44,778 nt of DNA, from positions 1 to 44,778 of the forward strand of contig MHRY01000048.1 in assembly GCA_001822675.1 (NCBI GenBank), given 5' to 3'. Source of the DNA: Candidatus Taylorbacteria bacterium RIFCSPLOWO2_01_FULL_45_34b (lineage in GTDB: Bacteria; Patescibacteriota; Minisyncoccia; Phycocordibacterales; DSPV01). This document shows positions 27,401 to 36,375 of the stretch, piece by piece. The position numbers were made by a program, and so were the translations under genes. Position 1 is the stretch's first letter, and every line of letters starts with the position of its first letter. The notes under the pieces were generated by a model that saw nothing but the letters and a program-made list of their open reading frames with translations, made no database searches and had not been told where the DNA came from.

Positions 27401-28181
27401 GACTTAAACGCTTAGTGATTTTCTCACGATCAAGCGCGCCGGCCTTTTCTAAATCAACTTCAAGATTCTCGATTAGTTTTTTGAGATCGAGGGTTTTGAA
27501 AATATCATAGATAGCTTCAGCGCCGATACCCGCCTCAAAAAGCGAGCCGTATTTAATCGAATAGGTATGATATTCAACTTCGTCCAAAACACGTCCTTCA
27601 TGGATAGATTCGATATCACGCTTGGCGTTTAGCATGAGCTCTTTGAGCGCATCCTTGGTCTTATCGTCAGCTGATGATTTCAGTTTTGTTTTATATTCCG
27701 AATCAATGTCCTTCAAAATCCGACCACGCTCTTCTTCAAAAACGCGCGTGACAATGTAACCGGCAAAATAGATGACTTTTTCCAAATCCGCGGCCGGCAT
27801 GCCAAGAATAAGACCCATGCGAGACGGGGTGCTGCGCAAGTGCCAAATGTGAGAGACGGGCGTGGCGAGTTCGATATGTCCCATCCGCTCTCGACGAACA
27901 ATGGCGCGGGTGATTTCAACCCCGCACTTCTCACAGATGATTCCTTTATAACGGATGCCTCGATATTTGCCGCAATAACATTCGAAATCTTTTTCCGGGC
28001 CGAATATTTTTTCGTCAAAGAGACCGTTTTTCTCGCTTCGTTGGGTGCGATAATTGATAGTCTCCGGTTTGGTCACTTCGCCTGAAGACCACTCCAAAAT
28101 ACGGTCTGGCGAGGCAAGGCGAAGCACGATCGAATCAAAATTATTTACGTTAACCGATGTTTTTTGTTTGTTGTATATCAT
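24474..28181 (-). CDS. rpoC: DNA-directed RNA polymerase subunit beta'
   Basis: 1235 aa, with the catalytic NADFDGDQM motif and zinc-binding cysteines. Confidence 0.98.
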   Translation of the reverse strand: MIYNKQKTSVNVNNFDSIVLRLASPDRILEWSSGEVTKPETINYRTQRSEKNGLFDEKIFGPEKDFECYCGKYRGIRYKGIICEKCGVEITRAIVRRERMGHIELATPVSHIWHLRSTPSRMGLILGMPAADLEKVIYFAGYIVTRVFEEERGRILKDIDSEYKTKLKSSADDKTKDALKELMLNAKRDIESIHEGRVLDEVEYHTYSIKYGSLFEAGIGAEAIYDIFKTLDLKKLIENLEVDLEKAGALDREKITKRLSLVRSMNQNTLRPEWMFLTRIPVIPPALRPMVPLDGGRYATSDVNDLYRRVINRNNRLRKLLEIKAPDVILRNEKRILQEAVDSLIDNSIRHGNASAGAISQAQRRPLKSLSDNLKGKRGLFRSNLLGKRVDYSGRSVIVVGPNLKLHECGMPKHMALELFRPFVISKLLERELAYNIRGAGRLIEEGIPEVWAILEEVITGKYVLLNRAPTLHRLGIQAFQPVLIEGDAIQVHPLVCTAFNADFDGDQMAVHVPLGEEAQLEARLVMASDKNVLKPGSGDPIVSAKLLDIILGCYWMTKLIPGRLGEGKYFADPNSAITAVDFGAIDFRAKIKVIGTDVSKYKEFEGKVFETTAGRLLFNNVLPSDYPYINKEIDKKTMSGIVDDLISRYGIENIPDILDRVKVFGFKYATYSGTTWGIDDVVVPKGKYETIKEAKVKSEQITSQYDQGLLSVDERIRKNIEVWHGAKNDVEKLIPEALDPAGSVYDLWKSGARGSLSQITQMVGMKGLIATTAGDTIEFPILSSMKEGLTPIEYFITTHGSRKGLTDTALNTAKAGYLTRRLFDVAQDAIVTEQDCGTKESVFITNKSVTGMDISIAKSVRGRTVAEDVVLEKTGKVLFKKGHLLSKAEALSLEKSGVVSLKVRSPLNCKTLQGVCATCYGFDPGKDRKVDLGEAVGTVAAQAIGEPGTQLTMRTFHAGGTASVGGDITQGLPRVEEVFEKRKPKNPAAVSHTDGVITGIKDLGKEKVITVLPELGEKGKGKKAEIEYAVSFSRTPLFKVGDAVKKGDLITDGSADIDEYFKFAGKERTQNYIIDEVSKLYELQGETVARKHIEIIVRQMFSRRRVKDAGGTELSAGDVVDLFQLDVANSKAKEKDLEEAKVDLSVMGITEVSLSRKSFLSAASFQHTTRVLINASVRGYVDHLVGLKENVIIGRLIPAGTGFPGSPKHELIRQLHEKERQALLESDIVGKELA

Positions 28182-28202
28182 GTTTTTTGAGATAGGATAT
28201 TA

Positions 28203-31200
28203 TTATTTTGATTCTTTATCCTGACTCGCCTGCCCATTAATTTTCTTGTCCATTTGAAGTTCGACATCCAAAGCCAAACCGCGCAAGTTGTTGAGAAGTA
28301 CATTAAAGGAAGCTGGCGCGTTTGATTGCGTGATTTTTTCGCCTTTAACAATCGCATCGAAAGCGGCCGAGCGGCCGACGATATCATCCGATTTAATAGT
28401 GAGCATTTCACGAAGCGTGTACGCCGCGCCATGGCCCAAAAGCGCCCAGACCTCCATTTCACCAAAGCGCTGACCACCGCCTTGGGCTTTTCCGCCAAGC
28501 GGCTGTTGAGTGATGAGTGAGTATGGACCAATGGAACGCATGTGGATCTTGTCTTCCACCATGTGATGCAATTTCAAAATATACATGTAACCGACGGCGA
28601 TTTTCTGATCAAACGAATCCCCTGTTCTACCGTCAAACAATTTCATCTTGCCACTTCTGTCAAAACCGGCTTTTTCAAGCTCGACTTTAATTTCCTCATC
28701 CGAGGCTCCGGCAAACGGCGGCACGATCGCTTGATAATTTAAAGTATGTGCCGCAAGTCCCAAGTGAAGCTCAAGAATCTGTCCTAAGTTCATACGCGAT
28801 GGCACGCCAAGCGGAGTCAAAATGACATCAACTGGCGTACCATCCTCGAGATATGGCATGTCTTCCATCGGCAAAATCCGCGAAATGACACCCTTATTCC
28901 CGTGACGACCGGCCAACTTGTCTCCAACAGAAACATTGCGGAGCTGCGCTACTTCAATATGAATGCGTTTGATGATGCCGCTTTCAAGCTTGTCGCCTTT
29001 TTCTCGTGAAAATACTTTGACTCCGATAACACGGCCGCGCTTACCGTTCTCCATTCTCTTTGATGTGTCCTTGACGTCGCGGGCCTTCTCACCGAAAAGA
29101 CTGCGGAGCAACCGCTCTTCGGGAGTGAGCTGTGTTTCGCCCTTTGGCGTAATCTTGCCAACCAAAATATCTCCCGGTCGAACTTCCGCGCCAATTCTAA
29201 CCACGCCGTCTTCATCGAGATTTTTGAGTTTCGCTTCACCGACGTTTGGAATATCGTGAGTGGTCACTTCAGGACCAAGTTTGGTGTCGCGGACGTTGAC
29301 GACAAATTCCTCAATATGAATGGAAGTGAATTTGCTGTTTCGAACCAACCGTTCGGAAATAATGATCGCGTCTTCGTAGTTCGCGCCAGACCATGACATG
29401 AAAGCGACAAGCGCGTTGTGCCCAAGCGCCATCTGGCCGCGGTCGCTCGAAGAAGTGTCCGCCAAAACCGCGCCGCGCTTAACCTTCTCTCCCACCACGA
29501 CTGCTGGTCGCTGATGGAAAGCGGTGAAGCCGTTGGTGCGGACAAAATTAACCAAACGATATTCTTTTTCCTTTCCTTTCGATCCTTTTACTTTTATTTT
29601 AGTGGCGTCAACAAACGAAATAGTGCCTTCTTCCTCGGCCATGACAATTCTGCCGCTGTCCGCCGCCGCCTCTTCCTCAATGCCGGTTGCCACAAGCGGC
29701 GCTTCGGGCACGAGACACGGCGTCGCTTGTTTCTGCATGTTCGAACCCATAAGAGCGCGGTTGGCATCGTCGTGATTCAAAAATGGAATCATCGAAGTCG
29801 CGATCGAAAATGCTTGGCTGGTGGCGACATCTGTATAGTCAACTTTTTCTTTCTTGACAAGCCCCGGTTTGCCGTTGATGCGAACCTCAACTTCTTCGTC
29901 CGAAATTTTGCCGTCCGTATCGTAGTTAATGGCGGCGTGTGCAATATTATAATTTTCCTCCTCGAGCGCATTTAAATACACAACTTCTTTAGTGATAACG
30001 CCCTTGTTCACTTTGGCGTACGGCGTTTCAATCATGCCGAAATCATTGATGCGGGCGTAGGTTGAAAGACGAAGAATAAGACCGATGTTCGGGCCTTCCG
30101 GCGTGTGGATGGGACAGACGCGGCCGTAATGCGACGGATGAACGTCGCGAACTTCAAAACCGGCGCGTTCTCTGGTCAATCCGCCGGGACCCAAGGCTGA
30201 AAAAGTGCGCAAATGCTCGAGTTCAGCCAAAATATTTTCCTGCGCCATAAACTGTGAGAGCTGGTTGGTAGTGAAAAATTCCTTAATGCGGGCTTGGAGC
30301 GGCTTCGGAGAAATAAATTGCACCGGCATGGTCACGTCAGATTCAATGGTTGACATACGGTCTTGGATATTGCGTTTGATTTGCGACATACCGACGCGGA
30401 TTTTTTGCTGGAGGAGCTCTCCCACATAACGCACGCGCCGCGATCCCAAGTGGTCAATGTCATCTTCGGCAGCATCGGCAGTGGTATTTAAATGAATGAC
30501 ATGGGAAATAATGGTGACCAAATCTTCCTGTGAAATCGTCTTTCGAGTTGCTTCTTTTCCTTCAAGACTTTTCTTAAAACGTTTATTAAATTTGAATCGG
30601 CCGACTTTGGAAAGATCATAACGCTCCTCGCTAAAAATATTCTTGATAAATTCCTTGGCGTTCTCAACCGTGCCAAGATCGCCATCGCGAAGACGTTTGT
30701 GAATTTCTAAAAATGATTCATCTTTGGTTTTAGCGTGATCTTTAAGCAGTGACGCTTCGAGGAATGGTTTCGCGCCCGAAACTTTGCTAAAGGCTTCAAA
30801 AATCTGCGCGTCAGTTTCAAATCCAAACACCCGAATAAGTGAGGTCACGGCGAACTTTCGCTTGCGGTCAATTCGCACATAGATGGCGCCATCGGCTTCA
30901 GCGTCAATTTCGATCCAAACACCTCGGGACGGTATAATCTTGGCCCCAAAATAGCGCTTACCCTTCATTTCATTCGAGGTGAAAAAGACACCGAACGAAC
31001 GAGCAAGTTGCGGCACTATAACGCGCTCAATACCGCTTATCACAAAGGTGCCGTGCGGAGTCATGAGCGGAAAATCAGCCATGAAAATTTCCTGCTCCTT
31101 TGTGGTGCCAAACGTTTTGTTTTTGAGTTTGATGGTCGCTTTGAGCGTGCCTTCGTATGAAAGTTTGTTTTCCTTGGCGTGATGCTCATCGTACTTGGCT

Positions 31201-31460
31201 TCGGAGAGTTTGAAGCCGGTAAAATCCAATTCGAACTTTTTTCCGGAATGATCTTTGAGCGACACAAATTCACTCATGACTTCACCGAGACCTTTTTCAA
31301 TGAGCCACTTGAACGAAGTTATTTGCGACTCCACCAAATTAGGCATTCGAATGAGCGGCGGCTTGAAACGGCTAAAATATTTTTTCGGGCGGGTAGCCGT
31401 ACTGATCTCGTCTTGCGAGCGAAGCTTCATCCTCATCAATGGCATAATTTCTTTACTCAT
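28203..31460 (-). CDS. rpoB: DNA-directed RNA polymerase subunit beta
   Basis: 1085 aa, with conserved beta-subunit blocks (GRHGNKGVIS, MNLGQILE, LKLHHMVEDKIH). Confidence 0.98.
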   Translation of the reverse strand: MSKEIMPLMRMKLRSQDEISTATRPKKYFSRFKPPLIRMPNLVESQITSFKWLIEKGLGEVMSEFVSLKDHSGKKFELDFTGFKLSEAKYDEHHAKENKLSYEGTLKATIKLKNKTFGTTKEQEIFMADFPLMTPHGTFVISGIERVIVPQLARSFGVFFTSNEMKGKRYFGAKIIPSRGVWIEIDAEADGAIYVRIDRKRKFAVTSLIRVFGFETDAQIFEAFSKVSGAKPFLEASLLKDHAKTKDESFLEIHKRLRDGDLGTVENAKEFIKNIFSEERYDLSKVGRFKFNKRFKKSLEGKEATRKTISQEDLVTIISHVIHLNTTADAAEDDIDHLGSRRVRYVGELLQQKIRVGMSQIKRNIQDRMSTIESDVTMPVQFISPKPLQARIKEFFTTNQLSQFMAQENILAELEHLRTFSALGPGGLTRERAGFEVRDVHPSHYGRVCPIHTPEGPNIGLILRLSTYARINDFGMIETPYAKVNKGVITKEVVYLNALEEENYNIAHAAINYDTDGKISDEEVEVRINGKPGLVKKEKVDYTDVATSQAFSIATSMIPFLNHDDANRALMGSNMQKQATPCLVPEAPLVATGIEEEAAADSGRIVMAEEEGTISFVDATKIKVKGSKGKEKEYRLVNFVRTNGFTAFHQRPAVVVGEKVKRGAVLADTSSSDRGQMALGHNALVAFMSWSGANYEDAIIISERLVRNSKFTSIHIEEFVVNVRDTKLGPEVTTHDIPNVGEAKLKNLDEDGVVRIGAEVRPGDILVGKITPKGETQLTPEERLLRSLFGEKARDVKDTSKRMENGKRGRVIGVKVFSREKGDKLESGIIKRIHIEVAQLRNVSVGDKLAGRHGNKGVISRILPMEDMPYLEDGTPVDVILTPLGVPSRMNLGQILELHLGLAAHTLNYQAIVPPFAGASDEEIKVELEKAGFDRSGKMKLFDGRTGDSFDQKIAVGYMYILKLHHMVEDKIHMRSIGPYSLITQQPLGGKAQGGGQRFGEMEVWALLGHGAAYTLREMLTIKSDDIVGRSAAFDAIVKGEKITQSNAPASFNVLLNNLRGLALDVELQMDKKINGQASQDKESK

Positions 31461-31649
31461 GGTTTTGAATGCTCTAAAAAAGAGTTCTTAGCAAGTGAAT
31501 AATTAATGAAGATGCCAAAAATTTCAACACAAACAACAAAAAGCCACCTCTCCCGAAGGTAACTTCTTTTAAGTTTGGTTCAAGCTATTCTCTTTTGGCC
31601 AAGAAAGGTTAATAACTTGTTAAAGGGTCGCGACTCAATCTTGTGGAGT

Positions 31650-31678
31650 AGTATACACGACCACATTTTCTGTGTCAA
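31650..31678 (-). promoter_or_regulatory. Near-consensus sigma-70 promoter (TTGACA-17-TATACT) about 190 nt upstream of rpoB
   Basis: Read directly on the minus strand. Confidence 0.6.
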
Positions 31679-31730
31679 CTCCTCACTATCATTCAATACC
31701 AAAATGTGGATAACTGCGTTCCCAATGTTG

Positions 31731-32225
31731 TTATTTCTTTGTCCGCAAAATATATGCCGGTGCAATAGCAAGTTTTTGATATTTCTCTTGAATATCATTC
31801 GGAAGATACTTGTAATCTCTAATTTTCTTCCGGCATAATTTTGACCCACAGCAACAATCCATCTCCCACTCATCTTCGTCCATGGTAGTAGAATAATCCC
31901 ATGTAATCTCTTCACCCACTCCTATATCTCTTATAGCAACAAGAAATATGCCGGGGTTATAGATTTTTACACCACAACTAGGTTCACATGAATGATTTAC
32001 AAAATCATCAACCCCTCCCGATGGTCCCATGTATTCGTCTTTTTCTATTTGAACATAGTGATCCTCGACCGCATCATATGGATTTGGTAAATTATTCTTC
32101 GTGAAAATTTTACCGCGAAACTCAAGTACAGTTTCCCCTTTCTTAAAAACATTATTAGCAAAAACACCTTGTCCATTTTTTGCTCTCTTGATGGATAAAA
32201 AATCTGTAGATGCCCTGTCTCTCAT
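31731..32225 (-). CDS. SET-domain protein (putative protein lysine methyltransferase)
   Basis: VNHSCEPSC, EEITWDY and a post-SET-like C-C-C-G-x3-C cluster. The start is at MRDRAST (32225) because the longer ORF would overlap trmD. Confidence 0.8.
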   Translation of the reverse strand: MRDRASTDFLSIKRAKNGQGVFANNVFKKGETVLEFRGKIFTKNNLPNPYDAVEDHYVQIEKDEYMGPSGGVDDFVNHSCEPSCGVKIYNPGIFLVAIRDIGVGEEITWDYSTTMDEDEWEMDCCCGSKLCRKKIRDYKYLPNDIQEKYQKLAIAPAYILRTKK

Positions 32226-32262
32226 ATTTTCTTCTTCTTTTTTATACTTAATACCTGATACG

Positions 32263-32997
32263 TCATACTTTATACTTCTTCTTCCACTCCTCAATTTTTT
32301 TGTGGTGGCCGGAGAGGAGAATTTTTGGCACGCGATACTTCTTTTTTTTGTATTCAAAAACTTCGGGGCGGGTGTACACATCCGAGGAAGCGACACGGCT
32401 TTCTTCAAGTGAATTGAAGTCGCCGAGCACGCCTTGAACTTGCCGTGAAATTGCATCAATAATAATCATCGCTGGTAATTCTCCACCGGTTAAGACAAAT
32501 GGTCCGACTGAAATTTCTTCAACTCTTATTCGTGTTATTCGTTCCCCATTCGTAATTGGTGTCGAGTTTAAAACTTTTTTGACTCTGGCATCAATGCCCT
32601 CATACCGGCCACAGATAATAATGACATGCTCGTATTTTTTTGCGACAGTTCGTGCGGAATCGTTCGTGAATTGCGTGCCACTTGGAGTAAGCCAAATGAT
32701 CTTCACCTCCCGCCCGTACCGAGCGGACTCTGGTACGTTCGGGCGGGTCGACTTTACGGACTTTATAGACTTTATGGACTTCTCTATCGCTCTAATAACC
32801 GGCAGAGCTTGAATGACCATACCAGGACCACCGCCAAAAGGTTTGCGGTCAACTCTATCGTGTTTGTTGTCAGCAAAATCCCGCGGGTTATAAAACTTCA
32901 CCTTTATCTTTTTATCTTCGATGGAGCGCTTCAAAATCGACTCCCCTAAATAGGAGTCGAAGGCGCCCGGAAATAAGGTGATGAGGTGGAAAGTCAT
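32263..32997 (-). CDS. trmD: tRNA (guanine37-N1)-methyltransferase TrmD
   Basis: MTFHLITLFPGAFDSYL...ICGRYEGIDARV...SVGPFVLTGGELPAM. It contains a low-complexity KSIKSIKSVKS insertion. Confidence 0.92.
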   Translation of the reverse strand: MTFHLITLFPGAFDSYLGESILKRSIEDKKIKVKFYNPRDFADNKHDRVDRKPFGGGPGMVIQALPVIRAIEKSIKSIKSVKSTRPNVPESARYGREVKIIWLTPSGTQFTNDSARTVAKKYEHVIIICGRYEGIDARVKKVLNSTPITNGERITRIRVEEISVGPFVLTGGELPAMIIIDAISRQVQGVLGDFNSLEESRVASSDVYTRPEVFEYKKKKYRVPKILLSGHHKKIEEWKKKYKV

Positions 32998-33087
32998 TTG
33001 AGTAGCTGTTAGCTTCAGGAGCTTCCAAAGCTTATAGCGAAGAGAAGAAAAAGACAAGAAAAAACCACGAATGTTCCATTCGAGGTT

Positions 33088-33393
33088 TTAAATTTTGGCT
33101 TTCCCCCAGTTTGGCAACTTTGACAAGAATTTCGTCACTGTAGTAAAACCAACATGGTTACAAAATTTTTGACCGCACTTCGGACACTCAAAAATAATGA
33201 TACCGGCACATTCGGAAGAATCATTGTAAGTCGTCTCTCTCGAAAACCCTACGATAGATTCCGTCCAAGAACCTCTTACCCACTTGAAAAGATCCGCGAC
33301 TGAAAAATCATTGCAACCCGGGCAATGAGTACATCCTGCCGCTGGGTATATTTCGAATTTGTATGTTTCTCCCCACGCTTTTAGTTCATCCAT
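33088..33393 (-). CDS. Hypothetical Cys-rich (zinc-ribbon-like) protein
   Basis: 101 aa with CTHCPGC ... CPKCGQKFC. I recognise no family. Confidence 0.5.
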   Translation of the reverse strand: MDELKAWGETYKFEIYPAAGCTHCPGCNDFSVADLFKWVRGSWTESIVGFSRETTYNDSSECAGIIIFECPKCGQKFCNHVGFTTVTKFLSKLPNWGKAKI

Positions 33394-33487
33394 AGATACC
33401 TCCTAAAAAGAGGTTACTACTTATAAACTTTTAGTCAAAGAAAAAGCGCTCTCTTGGAAAAGAGAACGCGCTGATTCAAAAAGACAC

Positions 33488-34609
33488 TTAGAAACTATGA
33501 GTTAGGCGAAGAGACCAGAACAGTCTCGGGGCGTCATTTCGATTGATGATCACTTTCTCAACATGGTTGCTTCCAGCGTAGCTTTTTGACGTACGCCAGC
33601 CACGGTCAAGCTCTTCATAACAAAGAAGTTCGTAAGATATTCCGGAGAAGCCGTACCAGGAAAGAACGACATTGTCGCCATCGAGCTGTGATTGCAGATC
33701 CAGTTGCGGATCAAGCCGGAGAAGCACCGGCAGCACACGCCACGCCATGATCTCGTAGCCTTTGTCATTTGGATGGACTAGGTCACTTGAGTAGGTGAAA
33801 TGTCCGACAATTTCCCGAAGAATGTTCGGCACGTAGGCGCACTTTGTTTCTTCAAACAACTGCCGCCAGCGCAAATTGAAATCGTCGGTAAAAATACCAC
33901 CTTGAACCCCAAGCAGAATGGCAATACTCCCCTTCTCATGAATGCGGTTAATGATCTGCCGAAGATTGTTGAATGTGATATCCGCGGCAACACGATCAAT
34001 AAAATCCTTGCCGCCAAGACACAGGATCACAATCTTTGGATCTTTTGGAAGGACATCGGCTTCAAGCCGCAAAGGTGCATCCGAGGTCGACAATCCAATT
34101 GTTCCAACATTCACAATCGCTTTTCCTGAAAGGCGTGAGAGGACTGACACCATGTCATTCCCTGCTGTTGCTCCTTCTCCAGCAATGAGACTGTCTCCGA
34201 AGGCGACAATAGTGGCTCCGGCCGATGGGAAATTTCGAATGGTTGTCGGGTCAGCCGCAGGTTCTTCAACCCTGACTTCATTGCTCGTGGCAAAGAGCGT
34301 GTTGTCCCAGTTGAAATAACGGAAGTTATAAACGCCGGGCTGGTTCAAAACAAAATCGGTGTCGCCGTTTCGAAACGTAACATATTTCCATGTAATCCAA
34401 TCGCCATTTGAAGCCAAGACCGCAAAGACACCGAGCCAGTCAAAAAAATTGACAGAGAAAGGCGGAGTTTCCCAACGGGCGATGATTTGCTCACCGGTCA
34501 GGGCATTTGTGGGAGCGGCCGCAACACTGTAACCATTTTGTTGTGAGTTTGTTTTCTCGATCGCAATGAGCGCGAGAAGGTAGAAGAAAAGTGCTCGTAT
34601 ATTTTTCAT
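33488..34609 (-). CDS. Secreted SGNH/GDSL hydrolase with extra N- and C-terminal domains
   Basis: A signal-peptide-like N-terminus starts at MKNIRALFF (34609). Block I is AFGDSLIAGEG and block V is DLVHPNDKGY. Confidence 0.8.
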   Translation of the reverse strand: MKNIRALFFYLLALIAIEKTNSQQNGYSVAAAPTNALTGEQIIARWETPPFSVNFFDWLGVFAVLASNGDWITWKYVTFRNGDTDFVLNQPGVYNFRYFNWDNTLFATSNEVRVEEPAADPTTIRNFPSAGATIVAFGDSLIAGEGATAGNDMVSVLSRLSGKAIVNVGTIGLSTSDAPLRLEADVLPKDPKIVILCLGGKDFIDRVAADITFNNLRQIINRIHEKGSIAILLGVQGGIFTDDFNLRWRQLFEETKCAYVPNILREIVGHFTYSSDLVHPNDKGYEIMAWRVLPVLLRLDPQLDLQSQLDGDNVVLSWYGFSGISYELLCYEELDRGWRTSKSYAGSNHVEKVIINRNDAPRLFWSLRLTHSF

Positions 34610-34732
34610 TCGAAAAACAGGTGTTCGGAATTGAGGGTTTGCAAGGTTCAAAGACGCCAGAAGCGCCTTCCAAGCTCAATCATACGACAAAAGGAGTGGA
34701 AATGAAATGAATTTTGAATTGGATAGATTTTG

Positions 34733-34787
34733 AAAATAGAGAAAGCCCCGCTCTCGACAAAGTCGGAGCGGGGCTTTCTCTATTTTC
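34733..34787. terminator. Bidirectional intrinsic terminator
   Basis: ATAGAGAAAGCCCCGCTC-loop-GAGCGGGGCTTTCTCTAT is flanked by A- and T-runs. Confidence 0.8.
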
Positions 34788-34798
34788 AGAATGAAATC

Positions 34799-35110
34799 CT
34801 AGAGTTTCAAATCAGCCATCGCTTCATCCACTGTCTTTGAAGCTTTTTCCGGTCGGACACTGCCTTCCGGTTCATTGATCTTCAAATTGACCCGTGCGTT
34901 GTTCTTCATGCCAACGACGCGAAGAAGTGTGCGAATCGCTTTTGCGGTGTTGCCCATCCGGCCGATGATCTTACCCATATCCGCTGGATTGACGGCGAGT
35001 GTCAAAAGGACACCCATCTCATCAACCGTGCGGTTGATTTTGACATCGTTCGGAGCATCAACAAGCGCTTTGACAACATATTCCAGAAACTGTGTGTCTC
35101 TGTCTTGCAT
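34799..35110 (-). CDS. KH-domain RNA-binding protein (YlqC/KhpA-like)
   Basis: It has the GKIIGRMGNTAKAIRTLL GxxG motif and lies in the usual rpsP-KH-trmD neighbourhood. Confidence 0.85.
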   Translation of the reverse strand: MQDRDTQFLEYVVKALVDAPNDVKINRTVDEMGVLLTLAVNPADMGKIIGRMGNTAKAIRTLLRVVGMKNNARVNLKINEPEGSVRPEKASKTVDEAMADLKL

Positions 35111-35287
35111 GTTCGTATCTGTTTATCTTTCTTTTTGTAACGGCAGTAGCTTCGACCACTCTTGCACTGCACTAAAAATTATAGCAAAAATGCCTGAAAA
35201 AGCAAAGTGGATTCGGGAATCGAATCGTACCGAAGTCCGATTCGGTACGGGCGAGCCCGAATCTGGATTCAGGATTAAAGATGTCAA

Positions 35288-35363
35288 GCCCGAGGTTGAA
35301 CCTTGCCTGCCCGTCCGAAGTCGGACGCAGGCGGGGATCGGAAGAAAGGTTCAACTTCAGGGC
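35288..35363 (-). repeat. GGTTGAACC-core nested hairpin, long form (copy a)
   Basis: The minus strand reads CCCTGAAGTTGAACCTTTCTTCCGATCCCCGCCTGCGTCCGACTTCGGACGGGCAGGCAAGGTTCAACCTCGGGC. About 54 of 62 core positions match 40111..40180. Confidence 0.65.
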
Positions 35364-35574
35364 TTCTTCGTCTAAATGGAAAACAACATCCTTAAAAACT
35401 CCAGTTTTTAAGGATGTCATTGGACATCCAATGTCCAAGTCCCATCTCTTACGATACCCGCCTGAATGTAGTCGGGCAGGTATCGTAAGAGATGGAAAAT
35501 TAGAAAAGAAAAAAAGCGAGGGGTCAAAAGACCGCTCGCTTCCGTGTAAACTTTTGAAAGAACTGGAACTGACT

Positions 35575-36375
35575 TCAGAACCCTCCAAAGCGTGAGGAAC
35601 CCGAATCCGGGACTTTTCTGCCCGAAGCGCACTCCATTGCGACCATGAGTAGTGTCCAGTTATTCTTGACGCCAAACTCCACGTTGCCGGCCGCGACATC
35701 ACCGACAACCGCCGAGTCAGTTTGAGAATACTCTGGGTACGGTTCTCGAATGGCTGCTACGATCGGCAAAACTTTATCCGCGTACGGTCCCTTTCTCGGA
35801 ATGTACTCGGTGTCGGCAAATGGCGAACGATTGAGCGCCGCAGAGAGTATCACGACCTCCGCGCCCGTCAAGGCAATCTGCTCGAGCGTATTGTCAGTAT
35901 TTTGCAGATTGTTGATCACGTCTTCGACGACCAGCAGTCTTTCCTTTTGAGCAAACGCAAACTGGGACAAATCCCACGTGTACTCCTGCTTCTTTCCTTG
36001 CTCGGTTGGCTTTGGTACCTTGGTCGCGTACACAAAACGTTTCCCAAGTATCCGAGCAAGCGGCTGTGCCAAGCTCCTACCCCCTTCAGGAATGCCACAG
36101 ACAGTGTCGAGGGTGTCGGCAATGTGCGCTCCAATGATTTTTTCCGCAACCACTTCAGCAAACTGCTCGACAACTAAGGGGTGGCATTCGATGCGTCGGA
36201 AGTTGAAGTAAATATCGCCGATGAGATTTTTTCCGTCAGGACTTTTACCGGCGTAGGCCACCATAGGACCCAAACGCTTTCCGACATGATCCTTTGGGCA
36301 AATGTAGAGAGCGTCGCAAAGCCTTGCAAGAGCTTTGAGATCGTCTCCTCGTTGAGGAACAATTACTTTACTCAT
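35575..36375 (-). CDS. Type I phosphoribosyltransferase, orotate-PRT-like, with an atypical PRPP loop
   Basis: CGIPEGG and LLVVEDVINNLQNT, where TTGGT is expected. There is a 4-nt overlap with the upstream pyrF stop. Confidence 0.65.
   Translation of the reverse strand: MSKVIVPQRGDDLKALARLCDALYICPKDHVGKRLGPMVAYAGKSPDGKNLIGDIYFNFRRIECHPLVVEQFAEVVAEKIIGAHIADTLDTVCGIPEGGRSLAQPLARILGKRFVYATKVPKPTEQGKKQEYTWDLSQFAFAQKERLLVVEDVINNLQNTDNTLEQIALTGAEVVILSAALNRSPFADTEYIPRKGPYADKVLPIVAAIREPYPEYSQTDSAVVGDVAAGNVEFGVKNNWTLLMVAMECASGRKVPDSGSSRFGGF

Noticed and set aside
24452-31502. Numerous 60-185-aa ORFs antisense to or out of frame within rpoC and rpoB (for example 24452..24901, 25450..25947, 26807..27301, 29418..29975)
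   Set aside because: They are embedded in two very well conserved long genes, so they are typical shadow ORFs.
31575-31915. ORFs 31575..31838(+) and 31580..31915(-)
   Set aside because: They cover the rpoB promoter and leader and overlap the 3' end of the SET gene. Their translations are low-complexity.
32226-32459. Extension of the SET ORF to 32459, and of trmD to 33057 and rpsP to 37730
   Set aside because: The SET extension would overlap the trmD 3' end. In each case an internal ATG gives the conserved family N-terminus.
35172-35708. ORFs 35172..35708(-), 35281..35595(+) and 35417..35632(-)
   Set aside because: They span the terminator and a run of perfect hairpins, and they overlap the 3' end of the PRTase gene. 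They have no start context.
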